Shown here in pieces: positions 29,828-37,672 of a DNA stretch of 43,616 nt (position 1 is the stretch's first letter; each line of letters begins with the position of its first letter). The translations under genes were made by a program, and so were the position numbers. The stretch covers positions 1 to 43,616 of the IMG/VR virus record IMGVR_UViG_3300032219_003129; one strand, given 5' to 3'. This stretch comes from a virus (taxonomy: Duplodnaviria > Caudoviricetes). The notes beneath the pieces are model-generated. The model had not been told where the DNA came from. It did not search any database and was given only the letters and a program-made list of their open reading frames with translations.

Positions 29828-29910
29828 ATAAAATGACCAAAGCAGATAACTTCAACCCAGGCAAGTGGCTAGTAGAAAATAAAATCACTACTCAATCCCG
29901 TATAAATGAA
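29189..29910 (+). repeat. 78-bp diverged direct repeat (29189-29266 and 29833-29910) encoding the shared leader
   Basis: 26 codons: 6 synonymous differences and 2 non-synonymous; both copies are preceded by AAATAAATAAA. Confidence 0.92.
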
Positions 29911-30183
29911 GACCAAATTAATAACAAATATGTTGTTAAAGATGAAGAATTGAGTGATCAATATGGGGATTTTTACACAATTGATATCAATAAAGCACTT
30001 GATTATTTGTCTCAATTCAATTCCGAAGATGTAGATGCTGAGGCTTTTATTGATGACGATGAAGGTTGGGGTGAATTTGTACAATATATTGATAATGTTG
30101 AACAAATGTCCGATGAGGAATTAGAAGATGCTATGCGCAAAGAAATGAGCTTGTACTTCTTTAGCGATGAAGATTCAATTTAA
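29833..30183 (+). CDS. Highly acidic protein with shared N-terminal leader (copy 2)
   Basis: Begins MTKADNFNPGKWLVENKITTQSRINE; the remainder is unrelated to copy 1. Confidence 0.8.
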   Translation: MTKADNFNPGKWLVENKITTQSRINEDQINNKYVVKDEELSDQYGDFYTIDINKALDYLSQFNSEDVDAEAFIDDDEGWGEFVQYIDNVEQMSDEELEDAMRKEMSLYFFSDEDSI

Positions 30184-30192
30184 AATATAATA

Positions 30193-30253
30193 ATTTAGAA
30201 TTATTCTAAATGACGAAGGGATTTGGCTTGGCTAGACCCCTTTCGTATATTTA
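30193..30253 (+). promoter_or_regulatory. Palindrome plus long hairpin overlapping a class I promoter
   Basis: ATTTAGAAT-t-ATTCTAAAT (30193-30211); ACGAAGGG..TTTGGC-TTG-GCTAGA..CCCTTTCGT stem; promoter TTGG-N16-TCGTATATTTA at 30223-30253. Confidence 0.7.
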
Positions 30254-30257
30254 CTAC

Positions 30258-30395
30258 ATGATGAAAAAGATGGAGAAAATAGAACTAACAATACATGAGT
30301 GGAAAGACGCTCTAAAAGTTCCTTCTCCTCATCGAAACAAAAAGAAATATTTTCGCAAAGAAAAGCATAAAAATACTTGGAAACCCGAAGAATGA
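30258..30395 (+). CDS. Small basic protein (45 aa) with KKKY-x-RK-x-KHK motif
   Basis: Start moved to ATG 30258, downstream of the promoter; 'HRNKKKYFRKEKHK'. Confidence 0.65.
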   Translation: MMKKMEKIELTIHEWKDALKVPSPHRNKKKYFRKEKHKNTWKPEE

Positions 30396-30407
30396 TTCGT
30401 ACATTTA
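30377..30407 (+). promoter_or_regulatory. Class I promoter
   Basis: TTGG-N16-TCGTACATTTA, followed by GGTAAGA and AAGGTTATG. Confidence 0.78.
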
Positions 30408-30438
30408 TAAGGTAAGATTAATAATTAAAATCAAGGTT

Positions 30439-30657
30439 ATGAATAATGAAATTTATGAAATGGTAATGGATCAATCAAGAAAAATAGGATCATTACTCGG
30501 AACAGTAGGTGCTCTCCTCAAATACAATACACAAGGGTTAGCTGATTATGAATTCAAGCAATTAGCTAAAACATACATTGAAGTATCAAGTATCCAAAGT
30601 GATATTGATAGGGTAAAAGAAGTAGCAAAACAACGTGGAATAAATTTGGATTCCTAA
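30439..30657 (+). CDS. Hypothetical protein
   Basis: 72 aa, AAGGTTATG start. Confidence 0.7.
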   Translation: MNNEIYEMVMDQSRKIGSLLGTVGALLKYNTQGLADYEFKQLAKTYIEVSSIQSDIDRVKEVAKQRGINLDS

Positions 30658-30676
30658 ATCCCCATTCATACATTCA
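30646..30676 (+). promoter_or_regulatory. Class I promoter with GGATT/AATCC stem
   Basis: TTGG-ATTCCTAAATCCCCAT-TCATACATTCA. Confidence 0.72.
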
Positions 30677-30695
30677 TAGGGCAAAAATAAAAGTT

Positions 30696-30788
30696 ATGTT
30701 ATATTTGATATTAGGAATAATTGGATTAGTACTTCACTTAGTAGCATTAGTATTAATAATTGACACATTTCTAAATTATAGAAAATAA
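30696..30788 (+). CDS. 30-aa single-pass membrane peptide
   Basis: MLYLILGIIGLVLHLVALVLIIDTFLNYRK, AAAGTTATG start. Confidence 0.6.
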   Translation: MLYLILGIIGLVLHLVALVLIIDTFLNYRK

Positions 30789-30793
30789 AGGTT

Positions 30794-31045
30794 ATGATAA
30801 AAGAAAAAACGTTAAGTGTAGATTTAGATCTTGGAATTAAGAATTATTGGAGAAAAGCAAATGAAGCTCTAGAGGCAAAAAACATGGAACTAGCTGATGA
30901 CCTATTAGCTTATTGCCTTGTTATTCTAGCCACAGCCACGATGAACGGCATGGATGAAAATGAAAAATTAGGTGGCGTAAGATTGGGTCTTTGGAAAGAA
31001 CGAGTTTGGATGGCAATTGAAAATAATGGATTATTACCCGAATAA
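30794..31045 (+). CDS. Hypothetical protein
   Basis: 83 aa, AAGGTTATG start. Confidence 0.7.
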   Translation: MIKEKTLSVDLDLGIKNYWRKANEALEAKNMELADDLLAYCLVILATATMNGMDENEKLGGVRLGLWKERVWMAIENNGLLPE

Positions 31046-31046
31046 T

Positions 31047-31181
31047 ATGACACCGGAAGTAAAAGAACGTTTATATAGAGAATTAGTAATTATACTAATA
31101 GCTATTGAAAATAGAAATATTGAAGAAGCTCAATCCTCTCTTGAGGATTTAGTGAACAAAGTAACATACGATAGAGTCTAA
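31047..31181 (+). CDS. Small hypothetical protein (44 aa)
   Basis: MTPEVKERLY...TYDRV, starts 1 nt after the upstream stop. Confidence 0.55.
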   Translation: MTPEVKERLYRELVIILIAIENRNIEEAQSSLEDLVNKVTYDRV

Positions 31182-31220
31182 CAAATATGTATAGTTGTTT
31201 TTATTTTTAAACCTTAGATT

Positions 31221-31400
31221 ATGACCAACGAAGAATTTATAGAAGAATTGTTATATAAAGCCCATGCAAAAGGATTTTACGAGGAATTATGGCGAAGAGC
31301 AAAAGCATATGAATTTAAGTACCCTCAAATGGAATATTACGAGCGAGTAGAAAAAGCTTATAATAAATGTAAACAGGTTAGGGAAAAAATTGATAATTAA
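31221..31400 (+). CDS. Small hypothetical protein (59 aa)
   Basis: MTNEEFIEELLYKAHAKG...; preceded by ATATGTAT at 31185-31192. Confidence 0.6.
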   Translation: MTNEEFIEELLYKAHAKGFYEELWRRAKAYEFKYPQMEYYERVEKAYNKCKQVREKIDN

Positions 31401-31444
31401 AGCTTGCTTGACCAACCCACGCCTTTTAATCCGTATATACAAAA

Positions 31445-31612
31445 ATGATGAAAATAGAATTTTACACACACCGACTTTGGGATAAAGACTTTAAGCAGTT
31501 ATCGCTATGGCCTACAATATATTTTACTAGAAACCCACATGCCGCTCTAACTATTATTAGCATTAACGTTTTTGTGTGGGATATAGGATTACTTATAACA
31601 AGAAAAAAATGA
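31445..31612 (+). CDS. Small hypothetical protein (55 aa)
   Basis: MMKIEFYTHRLW...ITRKK, ATGA overlap with thyA. Confidence 0.5.
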   Translation: MMKIEFYTHRLWDKDFKQLSLWPTIYFTRNPHAALTIISINVFVWDIGLLITRKK

Positions 31613-32733
31613 ATAATATAGAACAAGATTATCTAAAACTGCTCCACGATGTTTTAATTAATGGAGTAGAAAAACAAGATAGAACAGGTACGGGTACAAT
31701 TTCAGTATTTGGTAGGCAAATCAGACACGACATGAAGTTGGGTTTTCCGTTGTTGACAACTAAAAAAATGCCATTTAAAACTATTGCAACTGAATTGCTT
31801 TGGTTTTTGAGTGGAAATACAAATATTAAGTTTTTGATTGATAATGGGTGTCATATTTGGAATGGTGATGCTATTAAGAATTATGAAAAACATAATGGGG
31901 AAATAGATTGGGGGCCTTTTATTACAAAGGAGGAAGCATTTATTGAATCAATGAAAGATGAAGAATTTGCTAGAAAATGGGGTGATTTAGGCCCTGTGTA
32001 TGGAGCACAATGGAAAAAATGGAGCAAGTTTGATTATCATTACGGAAGTATATCCGGAGATTTATCTATAGATCAAATTGCAGATCTAATTAAAGAACTT
32101 AAGGCAAACCCGGATTCAAGGCGTTTAATGGTTAATGCTTGGAACGTAGGAGATTTGGATGAAATGACTCTTCCACCTTGTCACTACGGGTTTCAAGTGT
32201 ATACGAGGGAGTTGAGCCATAAAGAAAAAGTAGATTGGGTAATAGCTAATTGTTACGAAACTGGAATGGAAAGATATTTTGTAGAGCAGATGAACGATGA
32301 ACAATTTCACAATGATTATTTTAACACACCTAAACGAGCAATCTCTTTAATGTGGAATCAACGATCAGTAGATACATTCTTAGGTTTACCATTTAATATT
32401 GCAAGTTACGGGTTATTGCTGGAAATTATTGCTAAAGCAGTGAATATGGTTCCGGACCAATTAATTGGGAACTTAGGTGATGTGCATTTGTATTCAAACC
32501 ACATTGAACAAGCAAAAGAGCAATTAACTCGTCAACTATTGCCGTTACCAACTTTAAACATTAATACGGAGTTTTGGCCAACGGAATCTGGTGAATGTGG
32601 GGTAGGTGAGATTGATGCGGAAGCAGTATTTAAAGGGTTTGAGGTTGACGTCTATTGTAAGTGTTTCTTTGAGGATTTGCAACTTGGAACCTATCAATAC
32701 CATCCACACATTAAAGCACCTTTATCAAATTAA
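31609..32733 (+). CDS. thyA: Thymidylate synthase ThyA with insertions
   Basis: 'DRTGTGT', 'ELLWFL', 'LGPVYGAQW', 'PDSRR', catalytic 'LPPCH', 'QRSVD...PFN' and 'DVHLYSNH'. Confidence 0.96.
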   Translation: MNNIEQDYLKLLHDVLINGVEKQDRTGTGTISVFGRQIRHDMKLGFPLLTTKKMPFKTIATELLWFLSGNTNIKFLIDNGCHIWNGDAIKNYEKHNGEIDWGPFITKEEAFIESMKDEEFARKWGDLGPVYGAQWKKWSKFDYHYGSISGDLSIDQIADLIKELKANPDSRRLMVNAWNVGDLDEMTLPPCHYGFQVYTRELSHKEKVDWVIANCYETGMERYFVEQMNDEQFHNDYFNTPKRAISLMWNQRSVDTFLGLPFNIASYGLLLEIIAKAVNMVPDQLIGNLGDVHLYSNHIEQAKEQLTRQLLPLPTLNINTEFWPTESGECGVGEIDAEAVFKGFEVDVYCKCFFEDLQLGTYQYHPHIKAPLSN

Positions 32734-32741
32734 ATTTAGTT

Positions 32742-33032
32742 GTGATATATATATTAATCTTTTTTCTTCAATTTTTTTATAACATTAGTAAAGTACTGGA
32801 AATTAAGTATACTTACGAAAATAAATTAAACCTGTTAATGATGAATACGGTTATTATAAATTTATTGACGTTGGCTGCAACTTATTTTTCTATTGATTAC
32901 TTGTTAAAAGGGGAATTTTTTGTGATATTGTTTTATATAACTGGAGGAGTTGCTGGTAAATGGTTTGGATTAACACATTTTGAAAATTATAGAGCTAAAA
33001 TATTAAATTTATTTAAAAATGGAAATACTTAA
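32742..33032 (+). CDS. Membrane protein
   Basis: Three hydrophobic segments; GTG start. Confidence 0.65.
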   Translation: MIYILIFFLQFFYNISKVLEIKYTYENKLNLLMMNTVIINLLTLAATYFSIDYLLKGEFFVILFYITGGVAGKWFGLTHFENYRAKILNLFKNGNT

Positions 33033-33444
33033 TACCCATCCAATTAAAAAATCCGACCTTGGTTTTCATGGAAACTTATTTGGTGGGAAACTATTGAGTT
33101 GGATAGATGCCTCAGCGGCAGGTTATGCAATGCAATTGTGTGATACACCTCGAATGGTAACAGTATCAATTGATCAATGTAACTTTGAGAGACCTGCTAA
33201 GGAATCTCAATTGTTGAAAATATATGGTCGTCCACTTAAAGTGGGGAATAGTTCAATGACTCTATATATGGAGGCAAGGGCACACAACGTTTATACTGGT
33301 AGGCAGGATCTTATATTAAAGACAAATATTACATTTGTTCAAATTGATGAGGGTGGGAATGCTATACCTTTAGGGGAAAAAGCAAAAAATAGAATTAAAA
33401 CATTAATTAATCAGAATGATACAACTATATCAACACAACGATAA
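33019..33444 (+). CDS. Acyl-CoA thioesterase (hotdog fold, YciA-like)
   Basis: 'DLGFHGNLFGGKLLSWID', 'VTVSID', 'VGNSSM' and 'TFVQID'. Confidence 0.88.
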   Translation: MEILNTHPIKKSDLGFHGNLFGGKLLSWIDASAAGYAMQLCDTPRMVTVSIDQCNFERPAKESQLLKIYGRPLKVGNSSMTLYMEARAHNVYTGRQDLILKTNITFVQIDEGGNAIPLGEKAKNRIKTLINQNDTTISTQR

Positions 33445-33619
33445 TTGGTATAAAATAATTCGCTCAATAAAGATACACAATGTGTCTGATAAAAATGGGA
33501 ATTTGAATATGGAATACTTAAAAGCTTGGAGGGATTACTTAAGGGGAGATCATGTTTTAAGACATAATGATGTTTTTCTTATTTGTGAAACCGTTCAGGA
33601 TGCTGAAATTGTAAATTAA
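33416..33619 (+). CDS. Hypothetical protein
   Basis: 67-aa ORF in the gene run. Confidence 0.6.
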   Translation: MIQLYQHNDNWYKIIRSIKIHNVSDKNGNLNMEYLKAWRDYLRGDHVLRHNDVFLICETVQDAEIVN

Positions 33620-33631
33620 AAAATAAAATAT

Positions 33632-33895
33632 ATGATGTTATTTATTACCGGAGTATTATGTGTTGGGATGGCTTACGCACTAATTCTTACAACTCGTTTA
33701 ACAAGCCAAATTTCTCAAATTGAGGAAAAAATGAACAGTCTTTATTCTCATGTTCATGAAATTGATCATACTATTGATGAGGTAGAACATAAGATTGAGG
33801 TTGTTGATAAAATTCATACACAAGTTGAAGAAGAACTTAAAAAAGTTATTTCAGGTGAAATGAAAAGCTCTAATAGAAGATTATTAAAAGGGTAG
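33632..33895 (+). CDS. Membrane-anchored coiled-coil protein
   Basis: N-terminal hydrophobic helix followed by a heptad-like segment. Confidence 0.65.
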   Translation: MMLFITGVLCVGMAYALILTTRLTSQISQIEEKMNSLYSHVHEIDHTIDEVEHKIEVVDKIHTQVEEELKKVISGEMKSSNRRLLKG

Positions 33896-33923
33896 GATTT
33901 CGCATTTCCTTTTCATATATTTA
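33893..33923 (+). promoter_or_regulatory. Class I promoter variant
   Basis: TAGG-N16-TCATATATTTA. Confidence 0.6.
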
Positions 33924-33940
33924 TCCAAAAAGAGAAAAAA

Positions 33941-34024
33941 ATGAAAAAAGATGAATTAAGAATTATCGCAATTGTAGTAAGTATTTTTCTTATTTTAGGT
34001 GGAATGGCATTCCTCTTATCTTAA
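33941..34024 (+). CDS. 27-aa membrane peptide
   Basis: MKKDELRIIAIVVSIFLILGGMAFLLS, first ORF after the promoter. Confidence 0.5.
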   Translation: MKKDELRIIAIVVSIFLILGGMAFLLS

Positions 34025-34034
34025 AACTAAACAA

Positions 34035-34748
34035 ATGAAGGTTACACTAATTTCAGATACACATACAAAGCATAACCAAGTTACTCCTGACTTACCTGGA
34101 GGTGATTTACTAATCCATGCTGGTGACTTTATGAACTCGGGTTATCACAAAACCGAAGCTATTGAGTTTTTCAATTGGTTTGAAGCAATTAACAATTACG
34201 ATACAAAAATATTCATTGCTGGTAACCATGATCGAATAATGGAAAATGAACCTGAGTGGGTTAAAAGTTATTTGACTAATTACAAAACAATTGATTATTT
34301 ACAAGATGAATGGATGACAGTTGGAGATGGTGATCCGCACGATGTAGATGTAAAAACTGCTAAAGTATATGGTTCACCTTGGCAACCGGAATTCTATAGC
34401 TGGGCATTTAATTTACCTCGTAGTGGAGATGAATTGAAAGCAAAATGGGATGCTATTCCAACTGATACAGATATTTTAGTTACACACGGACCTGCTCAAA
34501 CATATTTGGATACATCAGGTGCTCCTTATAATACTCCATTATTGGGATGTGAATTATTAAAAGAGCAAATTGAATTAATTAAACCTAAAATCCATGTTTG
34601 TGGACACATTCATGGTGGTTATGGTTATTATTACAATGGTCATACTCATTTCTTCAATGCCTCAATTTTAAATGAGCAATATAATTACGCAAACCTTCCA
34701 TTTAGTTTTAAATGGGACCCAGTTACAAATGAAATAAATTGGTTATAA
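34035..34748 (+). CDS. Calcineurin-like metallophosphoesterase (MPPED/239FB-like)
   Basis: 'SDTH', 'HAGD', 'GNHD', 'VTHGP' and 'GHIH'; ATG 34035. Confidence 0.9.
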   Translation: MKVTLISDTHTKHNQVTPDLPGGDLLIHAGDFMNSGYHKTEAIEFFNWFEAINNYDTKIFIAGNHDRIMENEPEWVKSYLTNYKTIDYLQDEWMTVGDGDPHDVDVKTAKVYGSPWQPEFYSWAFNLPRSGDELKAKWDAIPTDTDILVTHGPAQTYLDTSGAPYNTPLLGCELLKEQIELIKPKIHVCGHIHGGYGYYYNGHTHFFNASILNEQYNYANLPFSFKWDPVTNEINWL

Positions 34749-34749
34749 A

Positions 34750-35151
34750 ATGAATAGAATTATCAAACGAATATCAGCAAAGTTTCAAATTTGGAGACGA
34801 AGTAAAAATGTTATTCCTACTTATAAAGAAACAGTTGAGTATGAACAAATGTGTGCTTCCGTTTGTAGAAAATTGATGCGCCTTCCTAAAACTACATTAG
34901 GTATTGCTCCTCTTTCTGATAAAAGATATATTATCAATAAAGAATTGGGAATGTTTGTAGTACTTATTGATAACCGAGTTGAATTAACAAATCACGTTTA
35001 TCATTACGTTGTTAATTTAGATAGAGCTGCATTTAAAAAACTCTGTGGTATATTTGATAATAAACTAGAGAAGATTCGCAACGAATACGAAGAGGAAATC
35101 AAATCCCAAATTGAGCATTCACTCAAAGGGATTTTAAAGAAATTAGAATAA
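34750..35151 (+). CDS. Hypothetical protein
   Basis: 133 aa, coupled. Confidence 0.7.
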   Translation: MNRIIKRISAKFQIWRRSKNVIPTYKETVEYEQMCASVCRKLMRLPKTTLGIAPLSDKRYIINKELGMFVVLIDNRVELTNHVYHYVVNLDRAAFKKLCGIFDNKLEKIRNEYEEEIKSQIEHSLKGILKKLE

Positions 35152-35264
35152 TGTTTAAAATAGAAGCCATACTGCATGTAATAGGAGTTACATTAGCTAT
35201 TGTTGGGATAGTAGCCCATCTTATTCACTATAAAAGAAAAGATAAGAAAAATGACTTTTATTAA
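35151..35264 (+). CDS. 37-aa membrane peptide
   Basis: MFKIEAILHVIGVTLAIVGIVAHLIHYKRKD... Confidence 0.5.
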   Translation: MFKIEAILHVIGVTLAIVGIVAHLIHYKRKDKKNDFY

Positions 35265-35281
35265 AAGGTTGTATTAAAAAC

Positions 35282-35312
35282 TTGGAGAAGCAAAAACCCC
35301 TTCATACATTCA
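35282..35312 (+). promoter_or_regulatory. Class I promoter (decayed hairpin spacer)
   Basis: TTGG-AGAAGCAAAAACCCCT-TCATACATTCA, then AAGAAATTAAGGTTATG, identical to the leader at 27843. Confidence 0.75.
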
Positions 35313-35330
35313 CATCAAGAAATTAAGGTT

Positions 35331-35612
35331 ATGGATTTAGATTTACCAAAAGTAATTAATTCGTTCGGGCGAAATAAAATAACGCCTCGTTTTTACACAA
35401 AACATAATTGGAAAAAAGTGATGGGTAAAGTCGTTACTAGTAATGTATTTCCTACGTTTAAAGCTCGATTAATAGAGGTCGATCAACTCAAGGAAAGATG
35501 TTATTTTGAAGTAATTGAAAACCCAGATTATCCTAAATATAACCACTGTGCTGGAAAAGTAGATTGGTTGTCTTTTGGAACAGTTTTGTATATGGATTTT
35601 TCAGATAAGTAG
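35331..35612 (+). CDS. Hypothetical protein
   Basis: 93 aa, AAGGTTATG start. Confidence 0.7.
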   Translation: MDLDLPKVINSFGRNKITPRFYTKHNWKKVMGKVVTSNVFPTFKARLIEVDQLKERCYFEVIENPDYPKYNHCAGKVDWLSFGTVLYMDFSDK

Positions 35613-35613
35613 G

Positions 35614-35644
35614 TTGATTCCGCGAAAAAATGTTATTATATTAA
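35614..35644 (+). promoter_or_regulatory. Class I promoter variant
   Basis: TTGA-N16-TATTATATTAA. Confidence 0.5.
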
Positions 35645-35653
35645 ACGTAAAAT

Positions 35654-35761
35654 ATGGGAGTAGCAATTTTAATAATTTGTCTATCATTAATCGGAACGTT
35701 TTATGCAACCGCAGAGATCGTTTGTTATATCAAAAAAGGGAATGGAAATACTGCTGAATAA
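35654..35761 (+). CDS. 35-aa membrane peptide
   Basis: MGVAILIICLSLIGTFYATAEIVCYIKK..., first ORF after the promoter. Confidence 0.5.
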   Translation: MGVAILIICLSLIGTFYATAEIVCYIKKGNGNTAE

Positions 35762-35951
35762 AAAACTTAGAGATCCCAAAGTTAAACCCTTTATCTTGCT
35801 AAATGAGTATTGTCAAGTATATTGTGGATTGAAAAGAGGATACCCTGCGTTTAGTGATGACTTAGATGATGCTAGAACGCTTGAGAATGACGAACAAGTA
35901 AAAAATATCCAATACGGAACTTCATTTAAACTAGAAAAAGAATACCTATGA
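35742..35951 (+). CDS. Hypothetical protein
   Basis: MEILLNKKLRDPK...; ATG 35742 preferred. Confidence 0.6.
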   Translation: MEILLNKKLRDPKVKPFILLNEYCQVYCGLKRGYPAFSDDLDDARTLENDEQVKNIQYGTSFKLEKEYL

Positions 35952-36127
35952 CCCATTCCGAAAAGATTAAACAGGAATTTATCGTTATTAAGGAAGCTTT
36001 AGAGGAGGCATTAGAAAACAATGTGCAAGTTGAAATTATTCACTCAGCCCTCAAACACATGAAGCAAGACCCTAAGATCAGTATCTCAGAGGCAATTTAT
36101 TTAGGTTATGAAGATTGGATTAAATAA
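35948..36127 (+). CDS. Small hypothetical protein (59 aa)
   Basis: MTHSEKIKQEF...GYEDWIK, ATGA-coupled. Confidence 0.6.
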   Translation: MTHSEKIKQEFIVIKEALEEALENNVQVEIIHSALKHMKQDPKISISEAIYLGYEDWIK

Positions 36128-36137
36128 AATAAAAACA

Positions 36138-36686
36138 ATGAAAGAGCGATTAAACAGTATTGCATTATGGTGGAAGTTTGAAGGTAGATACTATCACATA
36201 AACTTCATCAACGGTATCAAAAATCTATGGAATTGGTTTCCAACTATTTGGAAAGATAGAGATTGGGATCAATCATTTATCTATGAGGTACTAATCCATA
36301 AATTAGAAAAACAAGCCAAATATATTGGTGGTAGAGATTGGCATACTAGAGCACAACGTGATGCTGAATTAATGTTGTTATGTGCTCGTTTGGCTCGTAT
36401 CCAACAAGAGGATTTGTACATGATGGAGTATATGGACTACCTAGATCTGGATATTGAGTTTGTTCCAACTGATAAAACTGAAAAATTTTTCACAATGGAA
36501 TCAACTACTACACGAGATGATTTAGCTGATTATTTTGCTAAATATAAACGTCAATATGAATTGATTGACAAAACAGATAAAGATAATCACCACATTGCAA
36601 TAGAAATCGCCCGAAACAACCAAGAACGTTCTCGTAAACTGTTATTTAAAATAATGGAAGAGAACATCAGCGGATGGTGGGATTAA
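36138..36686 (+). CDS. Conserved-looking hypothetical phage protein
   Basis: 'WFPTIWKDRDWD' and C-terminal 'GWWD'; start MKERL. Confidence 0.75.
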   Translation: MKERLNSIALWWKFEGRYYHINFINGIKNLWNWFPTIWKDRDWDQSFIYEVLIHKLEKQAKYIGGRDWHTRAQRDAELMLLCARLARIQQEDLYMMEYMDYLDLDIEFVPTDKTEKFFTMESTTTRDDLADYFAKYKRQYELIDKTDKDNHHIAIEIARNNQERSRKLLFKIMEENISGWWD

Positions 36687-36696
36687 AATAAGAACT

Positions 36697-36942
36697 ATGA
36701 TTAGCTTAAGCTTATACACATACAACCAAATAAGAAGGATGAAAAATGAAGTCTTTGAACGTGGTGAAAAGTATGGAAGAGAAACAGCAATTGATGATTT
36801 AAGAGATGCTCAAAAATACAACTGCACAAACCTTACCGAGGAAGAAAAAGACACTGTAATGAAATATCTAATCGATAATAATCTAGAATTTGGATATAAT
36901 GTTATAGAAGGCGGATTTTACATATTAAAAAAACAAAAATGA
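36697..36942 (+). CDS. Hypothetical protein
   Basis: 81 aa. Confidence 0.65.
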   Translation: MISLSLYTYNQIRRMKNEVFERGEKYGRETAIDDLRDAQKYNCTNLTEEEKDTVMKYLIDNNLEFGYNVIEGGFYILKKQK

Positions 36943-37196
36943 TAACACCACAATCAATTAGAAAAGGAATCATCATCAAATTTGATGGTGTAGTAGTAGA
37001 CAAGAAAACAGTTATTGACGCTAGTGAAGGATGGAATCCGAATCACGAAATATTGTTCAAAAAACTACTTAAACAAGGCGGCTCATTCAAAATCAACGGA
37101 GTACTAGTTGAAGTTACCCCTGAAGAAAAAACATTTAATTCACGAGGCGAAACAGATGGAGGTGCTCCAAAAGTAGACCCATTAGCAAGATTTTAA
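36939..37196 (+). CDS. Hypothetical protein
   Basis: 85 aa, ATGA-coupled. Confidence 0.7.
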   Translation: MITPQSIRKGIIIKFDGVVVDKKTVIDASEGWNPNHEILFKKLLKQGGSFKINGVLVEVTPEEKTFNSRGETDGGAPKVDPLARF

Positions 37197-37236
37197 AATG
37201 GAAAATAAAAGTATTAAAAATTTCTACATAAAATGT

Positions 37237-37267
37237 TTGGAGGGGCGAAAGCCCCTTCGTACATTTA
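37237..37267 (+). promoter_or_regulatory. Class I promoter with GCGAAAGC hairpin spacer
   Basis: TTGG-AGGGGCGAAAGCCCCT-TCGTACATTTA-TAGGGTAAGA. Confidence 0.8.
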
Positions 37268-37294
37268 TAGGGTAAGATTAAAAAAATAAAGGTT

Positions 37295-37453
37295 ATGATT
37301 AATGCGTTGTTAACATTGTTTTTAGTGGTATTAGGAATTGTAGGATTTATTGCTGCTGTATTTTTTGTAATAGTTTTAGCTATGAAAGTTGCATTTTTTG
37401 CAATACGGTTAGTAACATTTCCAATTCGCTTTATACTTGGTGAAGAATTTTAA
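37295..37453 (+). CDS. 52-aa hydrophobic membrane protein
   Basis: MINALLTLFLVVLGIVGFIAAVFFVIVLAMK..., AAGGTTATG start. Confidence 0.6.
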   Translation: MINALLTLFLVVLGIVGFIAAVFFVIVLAMKVAFFAIRLVTFPIRFILGEEF

Positions 37454-37474
37454 AATAAATAAATATAAATAAAC

Positions 37475-37672
37475 ATGGAAAAAGAACAAATAGTTTACCA
37501 ATTACTGTTAGATAGAATTCAAATTCTTAAAGAAATGAAAATGGCTTACACACGTAGTCAAAATGAAGAACGAATTCAAATTATTTCTTCCCAATTAGAT
37601 TTTGCTGAGGGTTTACTTGCATCAGCTAATAAAATCGATGAGGAAATTAGATCATTCAAATTAAAACTCTAG
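37475..37672 (+). CDS. Hypothetical protein
   Basis: 65 aa, helical. Confidence 0.65.
   Translation: MEKEQIVYQLLLDRIQILKEMKMAYTRSQNEERIQIISSQLDFAEGLLASANKIDEEIRSFKLKL

Noticed and set aside
30210-30257. Extended ORF starts from the track (30210; similarly 4402, 5295, 31576, 33999, 35703, 42240)
   Set aside because: The extensions run through promoters or upstream genes; downstream ATGs fit the coupling and leader patterns better.
31404-31441. Class I promoter before ORF 31445
   Set aside because: TTG and CCGTATATAC are present, but not at the 16-nt register and with a poor second box.
31609-32733. Intron or intein in thyA, or a dCMP hydroxymethylase
   Set aside because: The frame is uninterrupted, the inserts are short with no C...HN intein ends, and the dUMP-specific Asn is present.
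20954-35757. Alternate-frame + strand ORFs 20954-21193 and 35575-35757
   Set aside because: The first lies inside the methyltransferase gene and the second spans a promoter and other ORFs; neither has supporting motifs.
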